Shown in pieces: positions 27,536 to 38,810 of a stretch of 64,000 nucleotides of DNA. Every line of letters starts with the position of its first letter. Position 1 is the first letter of the stretch. The notes beneath the pieces are model-generated. The model was given only the letters and a program-made list of their open reading frames with translations, ran no database searches and was not told the origin of the DNA. The stretch covers positions 20,336,001 through 20,400,000 of the forward strand of contig NC_092674.1 of the NCBI RefSeq assembly GCF_964355755.1. Reading direction: 5' to 3'. Position numbers and translations under genes: made by a program. This DNA comes from Antedon mediterranea (Eukaryota > Animalia > Echinodermata).

Positions 27536-30348
27536 GATTTCTTCAAAAAGGAATTACATAAGGTAGAATATTAATCATTTAACTAAACATAGTTGAAGAC
27601 TTAATTATGAACACATAAACCATAGTAATATTGTTTATTATGCTTACTGAAAGATTATAATAATTATGAACCAAAATGATATAATACGGAAATGGTTTAG
27701 ATAAAAATCTCCCCTCCTCACTGACAACTGTAATATAATAACTTTTCCCAGTGTCGTAATTTTATGAATATCAATGCAAGTATTATTATAGCTCAACATA
27801 ATGAGACAATAGTCTCATTTTTACAAGGAAAATAAAATAAAAAAGGTATTTGTTTACTCTGAAAATAAAGTAGTTTGTAGTTTTGGTCTTATATTATACT
27901 ATTTTGATTTCTTGTTTATCCGAAGCTTGATAAGTTACACGTTTAATAACTTCAGCATAACACGGGTTATTAAACTTACAGATAGTCAAAATTAATGCAA
28001 TTTGAAAAAAAAAAAGATGCTAGAAAATGAATATAAATTTGTTATGACGTATTTTGTATGGCTTTTCCAACGTCTTACAGCTTAATTACACAATATGGAA
28101 CCCTTAGAACAGTGCACTATGCTAATTGTTGTCAAAAGGAACACCAATGAATGAACTGTAGCTGAGAGGCAGTGGCGATCTGTCTCACCCAAGCAGGCTG
28201 ATGTGTCGTTAACGTTTGCCACAATAAGGCAACATTTCCTGAATATCTATATCTGAAAGTTTTATGATTTTTTGGCAATAAATAGGCCTAATAATAATAA
28301 AGTTATATGAAAAAGAAAAAACTATAAAAATTAAAATGATTATGAAATTATTACTAAATGAATAACAGGGAGATCATAGTCTAAACTTTATGCTAAATCT
28401 AATTTTTTAAACCTAATTTTGGGGTCAACTATATTTTTTACTATAATGTATGCTTGTATCATTATATAAAGTGTCATTCTATATTTTATTGTTTCGAAAA
28501 AGTGTATTAATTAACCTAAATGTGTCGACAAAAGACATAAATATACATTAGAGGTTTACAACATCATTTTCTCCTTACTTCAGACTAAAACATATGTACC
28601 TACCTGTAATTGGCACAGGACCTATCTTAAATACTGTATATTATGTAACGCGCATATCGCAAAAGAAATACTAACACCAGTTGCATAGTCCCTTTAATTT
28701 CTGTGAATTTACAATTATTTTATATTGAAGAATAAACATGTTGCCATTGTTGAAGCTGAATCAATAAAGACTCCGACATTGTAAATACGAAGGAGGTACA
28801 ATTCACGACAACTCGATGAGTATTTCTATATTCAATGGCATATGTAAATATTGCATCGATAGCTATTCATTGTAGAATCGTATTCATAACGTTTCCTTTC
28901 AAACTATTAATTTGTTAACTAGATATTCAAAGTAATATATTGGTTTAACAAATAGCTCAATTTAGAAATCATTATTTTCATATTCATAAATTATCATACT
29001 ATAATTTGTTTATGTATTTTTGAAAAGATTGTGATTACGTATTTAACGAAATATTGAGATTGAATCCATACATTGTAAATGAGCTGCAGTTGTGTGATGA
29101 AACAACAGTTGCAGCTGTAATAGTGAAATAGTTGTATGATCATAATAATTATGTTACTAGTGATATGATGACACGATGATAATAAATGTTATGATCATGA
29201 TAATATATAATGTGAAGATTAAAAAATAAACAATATAATAAAATAAATCTATTCAAATATTTTAAAATATTAATATATTTATTGTATAGAATTATCATTA
29301 TTAATATTATGCCTACTATCTAATAATCGTAATGTAAAACACGAAATATTGAATTAAGTCTCTACTTTTGTTTTCGATCACATAATTCGTAATAATATTA
29401 CTGATGATAACTCTAATTAATAACGATGAGTTTGTTGAATTCTTAAAACTTGAAATAATGTAAATTAGGCCTATTAGGCAATGTATCATACATAATGAAT
29501 AAATACAGTCAAATTGCTATGTTTTATACCCGCGTATTTGTACAGGTATAATGCGTAAACAATAAATGCGGGTCATAATTGAAACATCAACTCCTGTATT
29601 TTATCATGTTTTAACATGGTTAATTCTCTGTTTTCAAATATGGTTTATAAACAACCGTATAACATGATAAAGTAATATTAACATCAGCTCAGCCAAATGC
29701 TGAATATTATAAGATAGATGACTGATAATAATTGTTATAACCTATGTATGAGATTTTAATATAATAATGCTAAATATATATATATATATATATAATATTT
29801 TTTTCTACCTTTTGATTTTTTTATGTTATATTTTCAATGTTTATCCGTATTTTAAATTGTATTGCTAATATTTTTTAGCAAAACGCATTTCTTTTTAGAA
29901 AAATATAGATTCTGTAATCTGTTGTCCTATGCATGAATATTAGAAATTCGGTTAGTAAAAATGTAACAATTAACAGAATGAATGAATTAAATGAAACAAA
30001 CAAATTAAGAGATCGGTTACTTGACGGTATAAGGTATAGCCTAAGGTTGATTATAACGGTATAAGGTGGATGATTTTGGATATAAGTTGAAAATGTAACT
30101 CTTGAGTTGAATAAAAACACTCAAATGTAAATTCAAGTTAGGCGTATTACCATATTGATCCGACTATCTGACTAATTTTTTTTATCTTTAAAAATGTTTA
30201 AAAATCGTGTAACAAAAAAATAAAATCCCCCAAAATGTATCGATAATTATTGGAATGCAAACACTATCACCTATATACTATTAAAAAAAAATCAAATATC
30301 AAATACATGTTTACTGATAATATATCTTGTTCTTTAAAATATATAGCT

Positions 30349-30440
30349 AGATCTGTCTACACTATCAAACAAGTTTGACAAAAAAAAAACGGGAACACGC
30401 ATTTTTTTGTCACATAAAGTTTAATAATTTAGAAAGAGCT
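30349..30440. mobile_element. Internally deleted, more diverged copy of the same Harbinger-like MITE family
   Basis: Shares TGTCTACACTATCAAAC..TGACAAAAAA and TTTTTTGTCACATAAAGTTT with the termini of 4433-4587. Confidence 0.7.
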
Positions 30441-32801
30441 CATTACATGGAAGGATTTCGATCGTCAACGAAATGTCCAATATGTGTTATGTGATATGCA
30501 ATGTCTTGTATGTTTCTATTATGTGACTACTTAATGTTATATTCATTTCTTATAGGTCCTAATATTCCTGTACAAAATTATCATATAATTAATATTATAT
30601 TCTACTATGCGTTACACAAAAACTTGCATATCTTAACGCTAAGTTACAACTTACATTAGGCATGCATTCAACACATTGAATGTTTCATGGAATTATAGAT
30701 TTCCTCATTGACACTTTTAGGCCCATGTATTGTTCTACAGAAAACTCGAACAAAAGACTTCGTTGGCGGGAGTTTAATCCTCTTATACCTCATCGCTGAC
30801 ATTAACCGAACAGCCCCAGGCCTAGAAAAAATCCAATCAATAACAAGCGTTCGATGTTATTAAAAATAATAGAACAATATGCAACAATATTACAATATAC
30901 GCCGGTGGATACACGAATAATTCCCATAGTATAGTAATAAACGATGATGATAGTTGTTCAATTCTGGTGTTTGTCTGTTTTAATTTACTATTGTTAAGGC
31001 GCATTTAACTCTTGTTCATTACACTTCAATAAAATGTTATAATTGCGATCTTCTTTGTTATTGTTGACTTTGATAATATGACTTGATAATATGGGATTAT
31101 TATCCTTTAGAAATTTACACTTGTTTCGATGTATAACATGCATTATTACACAATAAAACAATAGATCTGATCTATTAAATTATTATTCATTATAACTTTT
31201 CATTCATGATGGTTATAATAATTATTTGAATTATATCCATGGTTCAATAATTTTACTCACACAGAATACTCTATAGGCCCTTTACTATTTGGACGAAAGA
31301 TATTCAAAATAATCACATCATATAGGCCTAGTTTTCTAAATAATATTTTCCTCATAGACACACGTGTCACATGTGTAGTTAGCAATTACAGCAGCTTGAC
31401 GTCATTATGCTAATAAGGCTCTCTCTGTTCAATTAAGTCGCCAATCATTTTTTAATGACTTAAAGAAGTATTCTCTTTAAATATATTACGTTGATTAAAA
31501 TTGTTTTAGTCTCTGTGTGTACTCATTATATTCGAATATCAGCCTAATTAATTAAGAACGCTCTATAAAATAATAACGAAATTAAACGAATTCAAACCAA
31601 TTGTTGTGAGGCCTACATAAAGTTATTTGTTTTGACTGATAAGAAATCATGAATATACTCAAACAGCAGAAAAGAAACCCCAAAATAGTAAGGGCAATTC
31701 ACGCAAAATAAAAGAAAGTAAAGAAAACACACTGTGTTTTTTTAACAACTGACATGGAACAGAGCGAGAGAGAAGACTACGCATTTTTAGATTGTGACTC
31801 ATCAAAAAAAAAAATTATGCATGATTTCAGCGCATTTATGAATTATATCATGCGTAACATAAACAATGGAAAACACGCTACACATTTTAAAACAATGCAT
31901 GGCAGGTCACTCTGAGGGCTTGGTATTTAAAAACGAACAAATCTATTTTATGGTTTTAAATTTAATACATTTAAAAACAATAAATCGTAATTAATAGTCG
32001 TTTTCATATTCATTCTATTATTTTAATTTAAATTTGTGCGGTATTAATGATACATCCATTTATCGCGTGTACTTACATCTTTATTACCAGGATAAGTGAT
32101 CTATCCACCGGGACCTATTTATCTTACTTACTGCTCTATAGTGTATTAGCTGATGCTGTAAGTGGGCTTATAATTAGCGTAAGACAAGTAGGCCTAGCAA
32201 TCCAATAAACATGTATCCCTTAGGCTCGTGTACTCAGTCAGCCAGGCCGCTTACTTTTCATTCAATTACCGTCGTTTAAGCAAGCGATGACTGGCTTTTG
32301 CTACTGGCGTTACGCACAGTAATCAACAGGTCGGAGAAAGCCTAGAAATATTATAGCGATAACGACCATTGTTAGTTTCAATGTTCAATAACAGAGCTCT
32401 TTTGTTCATATAAGTTATAGACAGTGGTGTAGACTAGCCTAATGTCATTATTTTATTTGAGGATCACAAAATAACAATTACAATAATTTATAATCTTAAC
32501 CATTTAATAGAATAAGCGCACGTTACATTTAAATAGAGTAGGTCCTTAAAAAAAATTTAAAAAAAATGAATAATCATTCCAAAGCATTAAAAAAAATATC
32601 AACAATTTTGGTAAAATACTTGATATAGTTTAACAGTAATATTAAGGGATATTGTGAGGACCTAGCAAAGTACCTTCTTAACCGCACACTCCTCCCCCAC
32701 CTCGCCACCCCTTAGGGTTGATAAACACGCCCTCGTTCGTTAATACTACCAAATAAGGTGTTTTATTGTATTCCAGGATTTATATATATGTATATATATA
32801 T

Positions 32802-32931
32802 ATAAATAAAATAACAGCAGAAAACTTGGTTACTTCATTGTTTTAATCACTACAAATTGGTTTCGTACGAAACAAATTTGTAGTGATTAAAACAATGAAG
32901 TAACCAAGTTTTCTGCTGTTATTTTATTTAT
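32802..32931. repeat. 130-bp near-perfect palindrome (two 65-bp arms, no spacer, 1 mismatch)
   Basis: Centre TTTCGT|ACGAAA at 32866/32867. Arms pair base for base out to 32802/32931 except at 32859/32874. Confidence 0.95.
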
Positions 32932-32988
32932 TTATGCTCTACCTTGGTATATTGAGCACTCTATCCTAACGGTCTGATAATTTCAACC

Positions 32989-33122
<134 letters not shown>

Positions 33123-36100
33123 TAATTTATAACAAGATTGCTTTCTCCTTCTGGAGGTGTTATGAAATAAATACATTTAATAAAACAATGAAAATCGTCT
33201 TAATCATCGTTCTAACATATTTTTTAGACAATATTGTCAGCGTTAAGAAATACAATTAGACGTTGAATTAATTAGCCGTTTACAATTATAATAATTTATT
33301 AAAGTGAAGCATAATTTATTATATATAAACAAATAACAAATTTTATAAAAAAGAATGAGAAAAATGAACCAAGAGCGGGACATCATTTTAGTATGATCAT
33401 AAAGCAAAAAATAAATTTATTTAAAAAAATATTTTGTCCTCCATGTATGATAAAGTTGCAGTAGCTAAATCGAGAAACAAACAAAAGGGTTTCCAACACG
33501 ATCAATTATGCATATCGCTGACGCCTATACAATGCAATCGCTCAAAAGCATTCAATACAGCCAACAAACTTAGACAGAATTATAATTCAACAGGTCAAAT
33601 TAGTTTATCTAAAATTTGCTAAAACATACTTTTATTGGGATATAGTACGGCACGGTACGAGTTAGAATAGCCAGGGAAGAATTTAATTATTCATGGAATT
33701 GTATACTGAAAACAATATAGGCCTATATATCATCATCGTTTAAACAGAAATAGAAATATATCTTTATAGTAATAAAAAAATCAAAATAATAAATAATTAG
33801 AATATAAGATTTGTTATTATTTGTTTTAAACTGTGTTTACAAACGCAAACAACAAATATGATTTTATAGCTCAATTATCATAAAATGAATCGAAATAAAG
33901 TAAATATGTGATAGGCTATTCACACGGCCGCCGGCCGTTCGCTGATTACGGTGTATGCGATTGTAATTCGTACCGTACTACATCTATATTATTAGAAAAT
34001 GCATTGATCCGCCTATGTATGATTGCTTCAATGATGATCTAATTATGAATAATAGTGTCGTCATTATTTATGAATTATACAAATCATAATTATATAATAA
34101 CTTCGACGAACCATTTTCAACAATGTTTACATTACAGTACAATGTGTACGGTAGTAATTCAAATTCGAATAGGCCTACATTGTTTTGTGTTATTTGTTGT
34201 ATTATTTATTTACAATTGCCAATCAAAAGCTATGTTAAGATACATAATTAACAAAAAATAACTCTCGCATATTAAACACTCACTATGGAGGAATTACTCT
34301 ATTCATCTATGATTAGCCTATAGCTGGGTACCATGACACTCTTTTCAATAAGCTATATTTGAAAATCATGGTAAAATGGATGCGATGATATGACGTCTAC
34401 AGTATATCAATTGATCAATGTACCTTTTTTTTGTTAAATCCATATTTATTTAATGATGACGAAAGCAAAAATATTATTGACATTATTTACAGTATTGAAC
34501 AGTGTTAAATCTTCACATCATGAAGACTTAATATAGTCTCACATAATAACTTAAAATAGAGACATTTCGTTGTGATAGGCCAACTTACATCACATCTTTT
34601 TAATTTGAATTGTGTCCATGACATATTAGAGTGGGCTACTGTATTTTATATTAACGTCTGTAGTTACTGTCAAGAAACAAATAATTTCAATACGGTATAC
34701 CTATATATTTACCTATTTGAATACGGTATACCTATATTTACCTGAGAAACGAATTAAGAGTAACTTAAAAGTACAACGTCATAATATTCCGATACGTTTG
34801 GCCTATGTAAAATGATTATATTTTTAAAAACAGTAATGAGTGAATTTTCAAAATTCTATTGATCGCCTAGAGCCCATAGCGACCGACAAATTATCTTCAT
34901 TAAATGGAAATATTCTATAAGGAGAGAATTTTATCAACTTGCGATAATCATTAGTTGAACGGTATGATCAGGTTAAGCCAATTTAAGCATTGCTGTATGT
35001 ATACGTATTTTTATGACTGACTGACTGATATAAAACGAGATAAATGAAAATACACAGAAAGTATAGTCAAATACATTTTAAGGCCTAAACAAATTTTATA
35101 TATTTTTGTTCATATTGTCCATATCTATGTTCAATACATAAGTAAAGTGTGTAAAATACCGTAGGTCAATAATACGGTAGCAAACGCTGTGTCGCGATCA
35201 TCTACTTTCATTATGTAAAACATATGTTTTATAGGCCTACGGAATTGTATTGATTTCTATAAATTAACCAAAACGTATAATATATAATGTGGGCTGTATT
35301 CATCTCGACCTTTTTAATATTAAATTATTTTTGTTATAATATGTTCACCAAAGGGGCCAAACAAACGCTTATTTTCATTCTTCTATCAATTATATGAAAA
35401 CATCAGGTATACAAATATATAGCCTAAATAGGCATAATAATACGCTTGATATTTAAAAATAATGCATGTATAATATAATGTACGATAGGCCTATAAGAAC
35501 GAGAGAATGTGAAGATAGGCCTATGTAATGGCGTTCAACAGGTGTTTGGTGCGTGGATAGTGTTTTAATGCACGGACTAGTTGCTCACTAAATTCAACAT
35601 TCTCCATACGAAGAACAAATGGTAATTATATGCTACGCCTTACATGAGTAATGAGCGTGTATCGAGATGCAGAACAAATTAGTATACCTGATTATCCTAT
35701 CTTCCCACTTGTTGCTCGCAAATGCGTTTTATAATGATATTACTGCGAGTAAAATATTTCAAATTAAGATGGCATCAATATAAAACACACTGTTTTAAAA
35801 GAATTATAGATAGCTTATACATTGTGTAGAGCATTCAAAACGTCTGCTTTACAAAGTATGTATACTTATTTCGTTATGCTATTATATCGGGTATTCGCAA
35901 TTATCGTTGTTATTTTATTATCGGTGGAGTTACCGTACACGATCAAATTAAAGGAACTTTTAAGATTAAAAATAAATATTCAGTTTAACACAACCATAGG
36001 TAGTGCACGAACAAGAAAATACTTACTTTTTATTTTAAATTACAGCATTCTTAATTATGGATGACAATGAATAGTAACAGTATTGAATTGTTTTATAAGT

Positions 36101-36407
36101 ATTAAATTGTTTTAAAAGATTGTTTTAAATTGAGTCACACCGTTGTCAATATAGCATTTAATATGCATTGTCACTGCCATTGTGAGCTCGCCCTTTTGTC
36201 ATTGTATCGACCAAACAATATCAAACGAATGAAATAAGAATAGAAAAATACAATAGAGAATATTAATCAAGGGATTCCCAAACACTCTCATTCAATTTGA
36301 CATCAACACTGTATTTGTCATCAGCTCTATTCATCGCATACTGTAAACAAACAAATCGCGAGGAAATCCCCAAATTCAAAGGTAGAACACTGCAAATAAT
36401 GCGTTAT

Positions 36408-36448
36408 CGGGGAAGAGTGAAATTACATTGTAATTCCACTCTCCCCTG
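36408..36448. mobile_element. 41-bp palindromic micro-element, copy B
   Basis: CGGGGAAGAGTGAAATTACA-T-TGTAATTCCACTCTCCCCTG; near-identical to 52458-52498. Confidence 0.7.
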
Positions 36449-36489
36449 GTATTATCAAGACTTAAAACAATGAAATTAAATAATTCTTC

Positions 36490-36518
36490 ACGTAAAATTA
36501 ATGGTTGTTCAATTTATT
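36490..36518 (-). terminator. Candidate SoxB1 polyadenylation signal (3' UTR about 0.7 kb)
   Basis: AATAAA on the minus strand at 36518-36513, followed by U/GU-rich sequence (TTTAATTTCATTGTTTT). AATAAA is common in AT-rich DNA, so this is tentative. Confidence 0.4.
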
Positions 36519-37202
36519 CTCACGGTTTGAAAAGGAAATTCGTCAAAAAGTGAAAAATAAAAGGTAAGTGTGCCTATATATACATAAACAAAAAATGTTG
36601 CAGTAAACTCACAAGAAAACATACAAGAAAAATAATTACAAAATTTGCAGTTCAGCCATTCATTTTTCAAAGAACTAAAATTCAAATATATTCAACATTA
36701 ATGTACAGCGTTGTTAAGAATAATATTTTCAAAAGGCATTCGATTAAATATTTGTTGGGTTATTTACCAATTACCCTAACCTAGTACCAGCAAGGTGTTT
36801 CACACTTTGGAAAAAAAATAAAAATAAGAGTTTCTGAGATATTGAAGTTTTAAAGAGCAGTATTATTTATATTATTTTAAACCACCAGTCTTAACTGGAT
36901 TCTGTACATAATTATAAAACATCAAACCGTCTGCTCAAAATAGTTTCCGTTTATCAATTTAAGAAGTATAAAAAACTACCCATTTAAATGCTATATTTTT
37001 TACAATTATCTAAATGATAAACAATGGTGGTACGCAAGCAAATAAATACTAGATCATCAGCAGCCACCGGGCTGTCAAAGATTAAGCGATAATATCTGCG
37101 TTCAAAGTTCGGACCTTTGTCCGTAACAGCCATTTTAAGTTACAAAATATTGCCTGCAAAACTCCCCATATAAAAAATGTCATTTGTAGTAAAAAAAAGT
37201 CT

Positions 37203-38261
37203 TTACATGTGTGTTAAGGGCACAGACTGTGACACTGATGAGGCCGATGTTGCAACCTGGTGGTGGTAGGCCTGTGCGGCAGCTGCTGCTTGTAGGGCTC
37301 GTTGGCCGTCACTCGCTTCTCCGCCGGCTGGTAGGTACATGCTTATCATATCGCGCAAGTCTCCAGGACAATTTCGGCCTCCCGGTGCATTTATCGCATG
37401 GGCAGAGTGGGCAGGTGGTGGCCTACCATCTGACATACTCACAGCTTCAGTTTTTACGGTTGGTGCTGGTCCTCCTACGTGTTGCGTCGTTTGAGCATAA
37501 TGAGTAGGCATAGTTGTGTAGTATGCAGGTGCAACAGAACCAGGATGCGTTGACGATGTCATTGAGGGATAAAGTTGGCCAAGTTGGTCACGATACGTAA
37601 GTCCTGCACCATTGGCATTTGTCATTTGTGCATGTCCACTTAAAGTTTGTGTATGGTAAGGATGGTGTTCTTGCATCATTGCTGTATAACCCCCGTTCAT
37701 AGCGTATCCATTCAGGTGATAACCTTGCATAGCCTCAACTCCCCGCTGTACTTGTCCAGGTCCACCGGGTGCTAACATACCGGGTAACGCATACTTGTCC
37801 TTTTTCAACAATGTTTTCGTTTTCCTTCTTGGTCGGTATTTGTAGTCTGGGTGTTCCTTCATATGTAAGGCACGTAATCTCTTTGCTTCATCAATAAATG
37901 GTCTTTTTTCCGCTTCCGAGAGAAGTTTCCATTCAGCTCCTAAGCGTTTACTTATTTCAGAATTGTGCATTTTAGGATTTTCTTGTGCCATTTTTCGTCT
38001 CTGTCCTCTTGACCACACCATGAATGCATTCATAGGTCTTTTTACTCTATCGGCAGACCCCTTACCTCCAACTCCTTGCATCATAGAACCGCTACCTGGT
38101 GTCGTTGGTGTTGTTGGTGTAGTAGGCATAGAGTGAGCCGTTATGGTTGGCGTAGCTGTGACAGCAACAGGCGGGCTTGAGTGCGGATGCATCATAACTC
38201 CATTTGAATGAACATGTGCAAGTGGGGCTGGCGGTAACTCAGTTTGTTGAACGTGCGCCAT
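37203..38261 (-). CDS. SoxB1: SoxB1 (Sox1/2/3-group) HMG-box transcription factor, single coding exon, 352 aa
   Basis: HMG box [77 protein letters not shown] (~37820-38051), group-B motif [15 protein letters not shown] motif VKTE, and B1-specific C-terminal motifs [12 protein letters not shown] and VPLTHM*. The ORF track starts at a TTG (38276). The first ATG is at 38261 in good context (ATAATGG), with an in-frame TGA upstream at 38298-38300. Confidence 0.96.
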   Translation of the reverse strand: MAHVQQTELPPAPLAHVHSNGVMMHPHSSPPVAVTATPTITAHSMPTTPTTPTTPGSGSMMQGVGGKGSADRVKRPMNAFMVWSRGQRRKMAQENPKMHNSEISKRLGAEWKLLSEAEKRPFIDEAKRLRALHMKEHPDYKYRPRRKTKTLLKKDKYALPGMLAPGGPGQVQRGVEAMQGYHLNGYAMNGGYTAMMQEHHPYHTQTLSGHAQMTNANGAGLTYRDQLGQLYPSMTSSTHPGSVAPAYYTTMPTHYAQTTQHVGGPAPTVKTEAVSMSDGRPPPAHSAHAINAPGGRNCPGDLRDMISMYLPAGGEASDGQRALQAAAAAQAYHHQVATSASSVSQSVPLTHM

Positions 38262-38344
38262 TATTCTTCTATTCAATCTTTGATAAAAAGTTCTATGTCA
38301 GAAGAATATGAAAACTCTGTTGTTCCTCTCCGAAGTTAAAAAGT

Positions 38345-38810
38345 CTAACTGAATCTATTGAATGAGAGCAAGCAGTCTATAGGTGTTGTAGCGCCAACAA
38401 CTCTCTTTATTTTTAGCCCCTATCAGCTCGTTCAGTCCATGTGTTATTGCTTTTTGGTGAGTAAATTATTCATATATGGACCAATCAGATTGCTTGTTAC
38501 AGTCAGCGCTGATATTTGTTCGCCCTGATGTCATTTGTAGTTCCTCTACCAATATCGTGGTGCTAATTGGCTGTCTCGTTGCATTATGCATATAAAAAAG
38601 GGCGTAACCGACTGCCGATCTATTGTTCGGCAAACAATAGCAGCTGCTTCTCTCCCAATCACCATCGTCGTTTAATAGACTTCGATTTAGCGCTGAAAGA
38701 ACTGCTAGGAGAGCCGTATCGACGTCGGGTAGATCAAACGAATGAGCTTCTGCAGGTGTTTGCTTGGCTAGTAGTTTGAGTGGCATTGGTATCACGTGCC
38801 AATCAAGTTA
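38345..38810. promoter_or_regulatory. SoxB1 proximal promoter region with multiple CCAAT (NF-Y) boxes
   Basis: Locally higher GC/CpG directly upstream of the ATG. CCAAT/ATTGG at 38481, 38549, 38566, 38655, 38785 and 38799; E-box CACGTG at 38793-38798; inverted Sox-site pair at 38620-38640. On the minus strand an Inr-like TCAGTT (A at 38350) has a weak TATAGA 31 nt upstream. The TSS cannot be fixed from sequence alone. Confidence 0.6.

Noticed and set aside
34688-34743. Small local duplications (also 9791-9875 and 40696-40737)
   Set aside because: Ordinary 2-3-copy slippage duplications with no further structure.
37211-37507. 98-aa antisense ORF inside SoxB1
   Set aside because: Shadow ORF in GC-richer coding DNA with a non-ATG start and no recognisable features.
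38262-38276. TTG start giving a 357-aa SoxB1
   Set aside because: Artefact of alternative-start ORF calling; an ATG in good Kozak context lies five codons downstream.
38466-38795. 109-aa and 70-aa ORFs upstream of SoxB1
   Set aside because: They overlap the motif-dense promoter, where higher GC lengthens chance ORFs; no homology recognised.
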